Sequence record: NC_041972.1 | DNA: 64,000 bases | Direction: 5' to 3' (one strand) | Part shown: positions 35,999 through 44,140 of the stretch, piece after piece | Position numbering within the stretch: the first letter of the stretch is position 1 | Layout: each line of letters starts with the position of its first letter | Made by a program: the position numbers and the translations under genes | The notes under the pieces: model-generated | Databases searched by the model: none | What the model was told of the DNA's origin: nothing | What the model saw: only the letters and a program-made list of their open reading frames with translations

Positions 35999-37305
35999 AT
36001 ATTCGCGACTATTTAATCATGGCCTTTCGGGCAGGGGCTTACAAGCAACGCCAGTGGGTGTTGAGTGTCATGAGTATCACCCAGACCCCGGATGGTAAAT
36101 CCGTAGCAGACAGTATGATCCCGTATCAGGCACACCGCATCAACATCGGCGCGACCCTCGATTGGGCTTACTGGGACGACTTCAACAAAACCTTTGTGCC
36201 GATTGAGGGAGTGGATGTTAACTTCCCGTTGTTTCGACCCGAGGATCAATACACACTACAACCTGGGGATTTTGCCAATGTCACTGAAGAAGTTACTACT
36301 ACTTTCGGCCGTATTCTGGCTAACCATTATTATTTTATCGATGTGGTCGGTGAACGTGTCCCATTTCAGAACGTAGAATTCAACCGTGGGATGTTGGAGA
36401 AGATCTACAAGGCCCGGGTATTAGAAGACGCCCAGGACTTGCGGCGCTCTGATCCGTTCTACCTGACTGTCGATGAATTCAAACGCTCCGTGGATAACGG
36501 CTTTGCCTTGGGTGGGTTGTCGAAACTTTGTGTACCGACTGCTTGTCCGGAAACCATGTATCCGCCGAAGTTCATCATCGAGATGCGTGACCGTCTGTTT
36601 GAAGAGCACAAGGATGAGCTCAACAACCCGGTGGTCATGGGGCGTATTCAGGATGAGCTGTTAAAGCACTACCGTGAGTTCCTAATGTCCACCCCGTCAG
36701 CCAAGTTCTTTGTGATCAAGAAGACCATCGACCAGGCCTTCAACAACATGTTCTTGACCGGCGGTATTGCCGGGGCTTTTGGTGGTAACACTGTTATTAC
36801 CAACTCGCTGTACGAAGGCTGGAACCTGAAGAACTTCCCGGCGTTAGTGAATGGCTCTATCGAAGCTTCCTTTGACCGCGGTGCGGCTACAGCCGATGGT
36901 GGTGAGAAAGTGAAGATGTTGATCCGTGCCACGCAGAACATCCGTATCACCGATGATGATTGCGGCACCCAGCTCGGGGTACCGTGGGTGATTGAAGATG
37001 CCGGCAAAGCCCGCTTCATTAACTCTTACATACTGGATAAAGGTGTGACGATTCTGTTAACTCCGGAGAACATTGATAAGTTCATCGGTAAACCGGTCAT
37101 GACCCGGTCACCTAGCTTCTGTAAGAAATCCCATGGCGACTCCTGTAAGTTCTGTGTCGGGGCACATAACGCCACCAACCCACGCGGGATGTCTTCCGGT
37201 ACCTCGAAAATCGGTTCTACCCTGATGTTGCTCAGTATGAAAGCGATGCATAAAGGCAGTAAGATCGATTTGATCGAATACAACCTGGATGAAGTGTTCA
37301 ACTAA
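35995..37305 (+). CDS. rpoC: Virion RNA polymerase beta' middle subunit (phiKZ gp80-like)
   Basis: TTFGRILAN, S.DRGAATADGG, ITDDDCGT, RSPSFC...GDSCKFCVG Zn-site; 436 aa. Confidence 0.88.
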   Translation: MNIRDYLIMAFRAGAYKQRQWVLSVMSITQTPDGKSVADSMIPYQAHRINIGATLDWAYWDDFNKTFVPIEGVDVNFPLFRPEDQYTLQPGDFANVTEEVTTTFGRILANHYYFIDVVGERVPFQNVEFNRGMLEKIYKARVLEDAQDLRRSDPFYLTVDEFKRSVDNGFALGGLSKLCVPTACPETMYPPKFIIEMRDRLFEEHKDELNNPVVMGRIQDELLKHYREFLMSTPSAKFFVIKKTIDQAFNNMFLTGGIAGAFGGNTVITNSLYEGWNLKNFPALVNGSIEASFDRGAATADGGEKVKMLIRATQNIRITDDDCGTQLGVPWVIEDAGKARFINSYILDKGVTILLTPENIDKFIGKPVMTRSPSFCKKSHGDSCKFCVGAHNATNPRGMSSGTSKIGSTLMLLSMKAMHKGSKIDLIEYNLDEVFN

Positions 37306-37337
37306 AAGATCTTAGACCTACATTATAAAAAGGATAT
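37304..37337 (+). promoter_or_regulatory. Putative phage early promoter (copy D)
   Basis: AAAAGATCTTAGACCTACATTAT-N5-GGATAT. Confidence 0.6.
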
Positions 37338-37359
37338 GATTTAATAAAAGGAGTTCCCG

Positions 37360-38076
37360 ATGTATGGTCTATTGATCTTAGCACTACCCCAGTCACCGTA
37401 TGTCCACATGAGTGCGATGACTGCGGACAGGTTTACTGAACTGCTCCCACAGTTCCAGAAAGAGCTCGATGCAGATATCTTTCCCAACGTCTGTTTCCAA
37501 GGCGCGTTTAACGTCAGCAACACTCGTACTGTAACGCCCTTATTCATTCCGTGTAGTGGTTTGGTATCGGCACGGGAGTTGGGTTACGAACAGATCCGTA
37601 ATATTCTTGCTAACCCAGAGAAAGAGATCCAGCACGTCACCAACATCGGTGATTGGTTAGGTCGTCCGGGTAAGGTGATGTTCGATAATGCGGATGGATC
37701 TGTGGATGAGGGCGTTGTGACCGATATGTACAAATATCTGGTACATGAGAGAAGAGAGCGTTCTGTCTTTCGGTTCAGTCCTGTTGATCTCAGTATCACC
37801 GATACCGAACCATTGCCAACTCACCTCTACCCGCGTGATCATTTCTACGACCAGGTCTACATCGACAAAGACGGTGAGCGTGCTTTCCTGTCTTACGGGT
37901 CGTGCGGTGAAGAAGGCTGTGCCATAGAGCCAGGCGAAGAGAAACCCGTGCAAGTGTACGGCGTTACCTACTCATCACTGGATGAAGCGGCCCGTTGCTA
38001 TAACCTGCCTGAGCAGTACGTGAAAGAACGCGTTGAGTCTGACAGCCTTGAATGGCTGGAGTGGTCATATTTGTAA
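37360..38076 (+). CDS. Degenerate GIY-YIG-derived protein with C-terminal NUMOD1/IENR1-like HTH (paralog A)
   Basis: C-terminal KPVQVYGVTYSSLDEAARCYNL...VKERVES...W.Y; shares TNIGDWL and VTD.KYL with 41626..42408. Confidence 0.6.
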   Translation: MYGLLILALPQSPYVHMSAMTADRFTELLPQFQKELDADIFPNVCFQGAFNVSNTRTVTPLFIPCSGLVSARELGYEQIRNILANPEKEIQHVTNIGDWLGRPGKVMFDNADGSVDEGVVTDMYKYLVHERRERSVFRFSPVDLSITDTEPLPTHLYPRDHFYDQVYIDKDGERAFLSYGSCGEEGCAIEPGEEKPVQVYGVTYSSLDEAARCYNLPEQYVKERVESDSLEWLEWSYL

Positions 38077-38204
38077 AAGTATTTGGGGATGAGACGCAGA
38101 GCTGATTCCCATCTACGGTAAGTTGTTCAAGGAAGCAGCAAACCGGTTATAAAAAATGAAAGGGTTTTCGTAAGATAGTCAGTGCTCCGTACCTGAGACA
38201 ATAC

Positions 38205-38402
38205 ATGACCACAAACCCGCAGTTTATTTTCGTGGCTCAGAATTCTGATGCTACACACAGCGTAGAGAAACTGGAAGTAGGACGCGATACCGATACCCAG
38301 AAGAACCTCACGGAACTTCGTAAAGGTTTGCCGTTCGACTTCTCGTTTATCATGTCTGAAGAGGCGATCTATCAACTTCGACAGGCAGGGCACATCAACT
38401 AA
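38205..38402 (+). CDS. Small hypothetical protein
   Basis: 65-aa ORF filling the gap; weak RBS. Confidence 0.5.
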   Translation: MTTNPQFIFVAQNSDATHSVEKLEVGRDTDTQKNLTELRKGLPFDFSFIMSEEAIYQLRQAGHIN

Positions 38403-38417
38403 ACTGCTGAGGTAGTC

Positions 38418-38870
38418 ATGACGAACAAATCGGAGATCTCACACGGTGGTGGCGATCAGCCTATGGAAAAAGAGCAAAGCAACTTATCCGTACTGGTGAA
38501 CTACTCCACAGGTGTGATGGAAGGTGACCGTTTTAATTACTCGGTTGCATTGGCGCTGTTGAAAGACGGCATCAAAGTGAAACGCGAAGACTGGAAGAAC
38601 GCTTTCCTGGTGTTCGTCCCGGGTAGTCAGAATGTTGAACTGCCAAAAGGGTCGCCGTATGAAGTCGCACTCCACGGTAAGAAGTCCGTTGCCAATATTC
38701 GTCCGCACATCGATCTGTACACGGAGTACGGTGAATTCGAAGTCGGTTGGACAGCCAACCAGGAAGACACTAACGCCGATGACTGGATGATTGTCTTAGA
38801 CAAGAACACCAATCAAGACGACAGTGCCGACGAAGAGAAAGAGTCCTCAAACGACGACTCGAAGTCATAA
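38418..38870 (+). CDS. tad2: DUF2829-family protein, Tad2-like anti-defence signal sponge
   Basis: FNYSVALALLKDGIKVKREDW...FLVFV...PHIDLYT.YG.FEVGWTANQEDTNADDWMIV matches F.EAL..LK.G.KV.R.GW...PYI...T..G...GW..SQ.D.LA.DW.IV. Confidence 0.8.
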   Translation: MTNKSEISHGGGDQPMEKEQSNLSVLVNYSTGVMEGDRFNYSVALALLKDGIKVKREDWKNAFLVFVPGSQNVELPKGSPYEVALHGKKSVANIRPHIDLYTEYGEFEVGWTANQEDTNADDWMIVLDKNTNQDDSADEEKESSNDDSKS

Positions 38871-38875
38871 ACCCC

Positions 38876-38904
38876 AGGAGAGCTTCGGCTCTCCTTTTAT
38901 GCCC
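38876..38904 (+). terminator. Hairpin + TTATGCCC element
   Basis: AGGAGAGC-ttcg-GCTCTCCT followed by TTTATGCCC. Confidence 0.65.
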
Positions 38905-38919
38905 ATTAAGGAACATGTC

Positions 38920-39279
38920 ATGAGTGAAAAGAAAGCGTTCGAAGTGGTATTAGACAGTCGTCATGAACCGTACGAGGCTTACCAGTTATTAGTGGCGCGT
39001 ATCAATACGTTATTACGCACCGGTCAAGGCTACCATGAAGTGAAACTCACGAAATGGCAGCTTTACGATAACGGTCTTCTTATCAAAGGAGATGATGATG
39101 TGCATATCTCCTTGTTGCGTCATTTCTATTACGATAAGCAACGCAATACATTTGGTGGTGGCTTCATGACCTTTGAAATCCTGGAAGATCTGGGTCGTTA
39201 CTACAAAGTGTCCGATATCACAGAAGGGATGAGCGAGAACGTTGGTCTCGTCTTTACGATCACGGTAACCACACCATAA
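38920..39279 (+). CDS. Unknown-family protein, tandem paralog 1 of 4
   Basis: AAGGA RBS; EVKLTKWQLYDNGLLIKGDD..HISL...YD...GG...FTITVT. Confidence 0.7.
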   Translation: MSEKKAFEVVLDSRHEPYEAYQLLVARINTLLRTGQGYHEVKLTKWQLYDNGLLIKGDDDVHISLLRHFYYDKQRNTFGGGFMTFEILEDLGRYYKVSDITEGMSENVGLVFTITVTTP

Positions 39280-39286
39280 GGAAACT

Positions 39287-39655
39287 GTGATGAAACCACT
39301 CTTCGCCATGAAGTTTGATACCCGGGATGCGGGATTAGGGGATCAGCTCGATCTCTTGCAATCACGGGTTAAGGCTTATTCTAAACACGGCACCATGATC
39401 AAGGATGTAGCGGTGACGGCCTGGGTGGTCTGTTCGGATAACATGCCGGTTGCCGGTGATGACCCTGCTCATGTCAGCATTATCCACCGTTACCGTTACG
39501 ACATCGAACAACAGTGTGTGGTCGGTGGGGTCAGTGCCATGGATGCTCTGCGTGAGATCTGGTCGGCGTATGGTCCTGACTCTACCCTCCCGCCGTTCAG
39601 CCGGATACCCGGTGCTGTCGATATGCAATTTACCTTAACTGTGTTCACTATTTAA
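39287..39655 (+). CDS. Unknown-family protein, tandem paralog 2 of 4
   Basis: DVAVTAWVVCSDNMPVAGDD..HVSI...YD...GG...FTLTVFT. Confidence 0.7.
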   Translation: MMKPLFAMKFDTRDAGLGDQLDLLQSRVKAYSKHGTMIKDVAVTAWVVCSDNMPVAGDDPAHVSIIHRYRYDIEQQCVVGGVSAMDALREIWSAYGPDSTLPPFSRIPGAVDMQFTLTVFTI

Positions 39656-39668
39656 AGGAGATACCCGT

Positions 39669-40061
39669 ATGGGAGTTTCTACTGCTGCTGCTCGTCGTTC
39701 TAAAGAAGGGGTGTTTACCCGGAGTATTGAAGTGCGTCATGATCACTGGAAACGGGACATCACGGATTTAGGACTGGATGTCCATAACCTGGTGTTGTGT
39801 AAACAGGAGATCGTATCCGTTACCCTCACTGCCTGGCGGGCGTATGATGAGTGCGGTGTATTGCGCGGCAGTGCCAAAGAGTTGAAGTTAGACATTACGG
39901 AATGGTTCCTCGGTGACAAAGGCCCGGTCATTAATGATGCGATCAAACCTCTCACGTTTGCCTTCATCATTAATCAACAACGCAGCCAACGCACGCCCTG
40001 GGTAAAAGATGTCCGCTTAGGGCTTAACCTGTCCATTGTCTACAAGAGGATTCAGCAATAA
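39669..40061 (+). CDS. Unknown-family protein, tandem paralog 3 of 4
   Basis: AAGGAG RBS; SVTLTAWRAYDECGVLRG...LNLSIVY. Confidence 0.7.
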   Translation: MGVSTAAARRSKEGVFTRSIEVRHDHWKRDITDLGLDVHNLVLCKQEIVSVTLTAWRAYDECGVLRGSAKELKLDITEWFLGDKGPVINDAIKPLTFAFIINQQRSQRTPWVKDVRLGLNLSIVYKRIQQ

Positions 40062-40405
40062 TGGAAATTGTCCACCAACTCGATCTTAGCCATGGCTGGG
40101 AACCCTTCAACCGCCTGAAAGCCGCCTTTGCCAAGAAACCCCCGGAGGCGATCCACATCACTGCCTGGGTCGCTCATGGCTATAAAGGAAACCTCATCGG
40201 CGATGAGCAAGTGGTGAAAGGGTCGTGCCAGGAGTGTCGGATTGATGTGACCCACATCTTCTTTCCCAGTCGGCCTGAGATCTTGATTGGTTTGTCGAGC
40301 TTCATTAACACCATTAATCGTGACGGGCCGGTGAAGATCCCGGCCTGGACCGGATCGATTACTCTTTGTCTTGAATTAGCGATAAGTTATACAGATAGAA
40401 TTTAA
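40061..40405 (+). CDS. Unknown-family protein, tandem paralog 4 of 4
   Basis: TAATG coupling; AIHITAWVAHGYKGNLIGD...LELAISY. Confidence 0.65.
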   Translation: MEIVHQLDLSHGWEPFNRLKAAFAKKPPEAIHITAWVAHGYKGNLIGDEQVVKGSCQECRIDVTHIFFPSRPEILIGLSSFINTINRDGPVKIPAWTGSITLCLELAISYTDRI

Positions 40406-40512
40406 TCGGCATATATTCTGTCTCGTTAGCGTAAGCTCGCTAAAAACCCTTTTAAAGTTTTGTATAACAAACTATCAACTTTGTAGAAAGAAACAAATAG
40501 GAAATTAATCTC

Positions 40513-41223
40513 ATGTTGCATGAAAACTTTGAAGCCTTAGTGGCGAACATCGCCAACCAAATCAATCAGCTGGAACCAGAGGATCTGCCGTCACTGATCC
40601 TGACCAAGAGCGAGGTCTACATCAACGACAAGCGACACGATCGCACGCGTCTACTGCTGAACCTGTTTACCCCACAACCCGGGCACACGCACGACGTGAC
40701 CTTCGATCAAGAGCTGCAGGATGCTTTCGCTCACAACAACCTGGAGTTTATCAAAGTCGGCGAGGGGATCGCCTACGGACTACTGCGTACCAGTATCGTT
40801 AACAACGAACCCGCGGTGTTCTGGATTCACGCCGATGTCTCCGATGATGCATCATTACTGAAGCAAGCCTGGGACATCATCACCGACCTGAAGAAGAATG
40901 CGGGTTACCCCCAGGCGTTTAACATTGACCTGCTCGACGTAAGCTGGCATGCGTTAAGCTGGGCACAACTGCTGGGGACTTTGCTTGACCGCACTGACCC
41001 GACCCGCCGGTTCCGTTTGGCAACTAACCCCGATTACGATTTTGTGTTATCCCAGAAAGCCATCACGTACTACCAGGAGACGTTGAGTAAACGTCCGATG
41101 GCACCGGTTGCTTACCTCGATGACACTAACCTGTTTAATGGTGGCGACTTTAACGACAGTGATCGCAACTGGGCAATCGCCCCGAACGACAGCACCCGCC
41201 CTATCGTGAAGGTGTATGTTTAA
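40513..41223 (+). CDS. Hypothetical protein
   Basis: AGGA RBS after an AT-rich intergenic region; 236 aa. Confidence 0.7.
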   Translation: MLHENFEALVANIANQINQLEPEDLPSLILTKSEVYINDKRHDRTRLLLNLFTPQPGHTHDVTFDQELQDAFAHNNLEFIKVGEGIAYGLLRTSIVNNEPAVFWIHADVSDDASLLKQAWDIITDLKKNAGYPQAFNIDLLDVSWHALSWAQLLGTLLDRTDPTRRFRLATNPDYDFVLSQKAITYYQETLSKRPMAPVAYLDDTNLFNGGDFNDSDRNWAIAPNDSTRPIVKVYV

Positions 41224-41281
41224 ATAAACACAAGCTCCAGATGGTATACTTGGAAACATTTATTGATCTGGAGCCCCAGCC

Positions 41282-41581
41282 ATGCAAAACAATGACGATG
41301 TGGTGCCGATGCACTATAACCACAACGTGGACATGAATAACCCGCTTGACGTGGATGAAGAGGCGTTAAAGGTTCGCTTCGCTGCGCGCCTGTGCAGCTT
41401 CCTTGATCTTGCCGAGCAACTGAATAAGGATGACTTAACCCAAAACGATATCAGTCAGTTCACCGTCGGTATCGTAAACTTAGTGTGTGACTCAATGGGC
41501 AGTAGTCCCAAACGAGACCTTTACAGGAGACAGATGGTTGACAAACTTGAACCTGTTCTGTCGAGGCATCTGATTAAATAG
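41282..41581 (+). CDS. Hypothetical protein
   Basis: GGAG RBS; 99 aa. Confidence 0.65.
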   Translation: MQNNDDVVPMHYNHNVDMNNPLDVDEEALKVRFAARLCSFLDLAEQLNKDDLTQNDISQFTVGIVNLVCDSMGSSPKRDLYRRQMVDKLEPVLSRHLIK

Positions 41582-41625
41582 TCGGAGGCGTGACGGAACG
41601 CGACTACATTGCAGTATAAAAGGAT

Positions 41626-42408
41626 ATGGCTATGACGTTCGAAAAAGAAGGGGACACGTTGCACATTGTGCGACTGAGAACCAAGGGCTGGTACCACATG
41701 ACGGTAACCAGCGATCCTGATGCGAGTATGGATATCGTTAACACGAACTTACGTCAGGGCACTTTTACTGATCCACTTTTACAACACCAGTACGACATCT
41801 GTAAAAAAGAGATGGGGCAAGATCCCAATCCAAATGACATCGTTTTCCACCAGTTCGTGACCACGCCAGACCAGACCGGGTATCAGTCTGGCCACTGGAT
41901 GATTCGTGATCACATTCGCCACGGCTATTCACTGAAGTGCCTGACTAACATCGGTGACTGGCTTTCGACCGCAGCCTATCTTTATATCCCAGACCCTGAT
42001 GATAAAGAGGGCGGTGAGAGAAAATACAAAGTAACTGACTTAGGTAAGTATCTCGACAAGGAAGAGTTATTGGGTCATTCTGACCACCTGCCGATGTATT
42101 TCTTGCCTGATGAGGAACCGGGTGACAGCTATGATGAGTTGATTGAAACCCATCGTCTTCCGCAACCTGACAAAGGTTACTCTTGTGTGGCCATCAAGAA
42201 CGGTATGTCGTTTAGTTTGCTGACGTACAACAACTCCAAGCGGGTGCTTTCAGAAGAGGAAGAACTGCAAACCACAACCGTCCCAGTCAGGGCAGATGGT
42301 TTGCTGTACAGCTCCGTCTTAGAGTTGGCTATGGCTAAGAACGCCCCAGTCTGGTTTGTCTTGGAGATGCTAACCTCCGAAACCGACCCAAACTGGCATT
42401 TCGTCTAA
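41626..42408 (+). CDS. Degenerate GIY-YIG-derived protein (paralog B)
   Basis: N-terminal LHIVRLRTKGWYHMTVT...LRQGTFTDPLLQHQYD mirrors GIY.I.N..NGK.YIGS...L..G.H.N..LQ..YN without GIY/YIG or the catalytic Arg; C-terminal PVRADGLLYSSVLELA. Confidence 0.6.
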   Translation: MAMTFEKEGDTLHIVRLRTKGWYHMTVTSDPDASMDIVNTNLRQGTFTDPLLQHQYDICKKEMGQDPNPNDIVFHQFVTTPDQTGYQSGHWMIRDHIRHGYSLKCLTNIGDWLSTAAYLYIPDPDDKEGGERKYKVTDLGKYLDKEELLGHSDHLPMYFLPDEEPGDSYDELIETHRLPQPDKGYSCVAIKNGMSFSLLTYNNSKRVLSEEEELQTTTVPVRADGLLYSSVLELAMAKNAPVWFVLEMLTSETDPNWHFV

Positions 42409-42496
42409 CCGAGATTGGCTGTGGGGAATCCTATGCAATTGCAAAGTGTAGAGAGAACCACGGCCAATCGTAAGCTGTATCATAAGGAGAGAGATT

Positions 42497-44077
42497 GTGA
42501 GTGAAGCTAACCAGAACATCGTAGAAAGCTACGACGACCTGCCGAAGAACGCGCAGAAAGGTGATCGCTATACCGTGCGTGAAGACGCGATCGTTTACGA
42601 ACTCCAGGAAGATGGTTCTTGGAAAGACGTAGACATCAACGAACAGGTTGATCAGGAAAACGAAGAGCAGGCGCAGACCGAAGATGGTCAGCAGTCTGAC
42701 ACCGGCGCAACTGATCAGCCAGCCTCTGATGAAGAGAGCGATGCTGATTCGTCTGAAACGGCAGCTACCGATGAAGAAGACCAGGTAGATGACAACGGCG
42801 ATGACAAGCAGACTCCGGCTGAAGAGAAGCAGGAAGAAGCAGCGCAGGCGGTTGATGAAACCCAACCACGTGATGACCCTTACGTACGAGGAGCGAACAG
42901 CGATGCCAATCCGGCACAACCTGAAGATGCGAATCAAACGCAAGATCAGACTGACGAAGCAGGACAAACTCCTGATTCTTCTGACGATACCAACGCGCAG
43001 CAGGAAAGCACTGATGGCGTTGCGACGCAGGATGCGAAAGAGCAGGCTAACATCCCGGAAGGGGTAGATCCTGAAGAAGCGCAACCTGACAACCAGCCAC
43101 TGGCGGTAGCGCCGGTTGAACAACCCCCTGTCCAGCACGAAGCGGTCGCGGTTGATCCTAACGCCGACCAACCATCACCTGAAGCGCGTCCAGACAGCAA
43201 GATCGAAGAAGCAGCTGAACTGAACGCACAGAAAGAAGATGCGGCTCGTGATGAGATCGCTGAAGCCGGTGCCGATGCACAAGCTGCGACCTCTGCTGAG
43301 CAGACTGACGCTGGCAAAGCCAAAGAAGACGCACAGGCTGAAGGCCAGTTGCCGAACGATGGTGCTGCTGATGATGTCGCCGCTGGTAAACCACGTAATG
43401 ACCAGACCTACACCGAAGATCAGAAAGCGGCGAACACGCCAGCGCCTGAAATCGTGCAGGCTCAGGAAAACCATACGTCAGAGCCAGACCCGGTAGTCAG
43501 CCAGGAAGAGATCCATGTGCAGAACGCCACGGACCCTGACCAGCCGACTATTATCCCGCAGGAAGCGAAGTCTGAATCACTGGCGCATCAAGCGGCTGAT
43601 CCAACGCAGGAAACTGTGTTTGTTAAGCAGGATGAAAACCTGGACCCGGAAGTGCGTGTGCTGCAACAGCGCATTGAAGAGTACATCGGCAACATGGGTG
43701 TGAACGGTAAGCACGATCGCCGTGACGGTCCGAAGTATCAGGCTCGCCTGTACAAAGACCTGCACTCCATCATGGCGCTGGAGCCAGTGAAGTTCAAGCA
43801 AGTGATGGACTACCTGCTGAACCGTGTGTATGAAGAACGTGCCGGTGCTTTCTCCGACACCTATACGCGCCGTTACTTCGATCAGCTGTCACCGATGCAC
43901 ATGCAGACCGATCGCGTGCGTGAGTTTGACAACATCCTGTCGCTGGTAACTACTGTGGGTCATTCCAAAAACCGCAGTCGTGCCCTGCAGCAGGTTGATC
44001 TGCAACGCGCCCTGAAGAACATTCAGGATGCCGGTAAGCAGCAGCGTATGGCAGCGTACTTTGATGCTCTGCGTTAA
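42497..44077 (+). CDS. Protein with long acidic disordered region and conserved C-terminal helical domain (phiKZ gp81-like position)
   Basis: AAGGAG RBS, GTG start; about 330 aa of D/E/Q/A/P-rich sequence, then LQQRIEEYI..M...G..YQARLY...FDNIL.L. Confidence 0.7.
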   Translation: MSEANQNIVESYDDLPKNAQKGDRYTVREDAIVYELQEDGSWKDVDINEQVDQENEEQAQTEDGQQSDTGATDQPASDEESDADSSETAATDEEDQVDDNGDDKQTPAEEKQEEAAQAVDETQPRDDPYVRGANSDANPAQPEDANQTQDQTDEAGQTPDSSDDTNAQQESTDGVATQDAKEQANIPEGVDPEEAQPDNQPLAVAPVEQPPVQHEAVAVDPNADQPSPEARPDSKIEEAAELNAQKEDAARDEIAEAGADAQAATSAEQTDAGKAKEDAQAEGQLPNDGAADDVAAGKPRNDQTYTEDQKAANTPAPEIVQAQENHTSEPDPVVSQEEIHVQNATDPDQPTIIPQEAKSESLAHQAADPTQETVFVKQDENLDPEVRVLQQRIEEYIGNMGVNGKHDRRDGPKYQARLYKDLHSIMALEPVKFKQVMDYLLNRVYEERAGAFSDTYTRRYFDQLSPMHMQTDRVREFDNILSLVTTVGHSKNRSRALQQVDLQRALKNIQDAGKQQRMAAYFDALR

Positions 44078-44090
44078 TTGATCATTTGAT

Positions 44091-44140
44091 CAGCATAAGG
44101 AGAGGCTTCGCGCCTCTCCTGTTTATGCCGTCTTTTTTTT
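44091..44140. terminator. Bidirectional hairpin flanked by GCATAA / TTATGCCG plus T-tract
   Basis: CAGCATA-AGGAGAGGC-ttcgc-GCCTCTCCT-GTTTATGCCG-TC-T8 at a convergent junction. Confidence 0.75.

Noticed and set aside
42431-43171. 246-aa antisense ORF rich in Phe/Leu/Arg/Ile
   Set aside because: Mirror of the acidic low-complexity coding region of 42497..44077; no independent signals.
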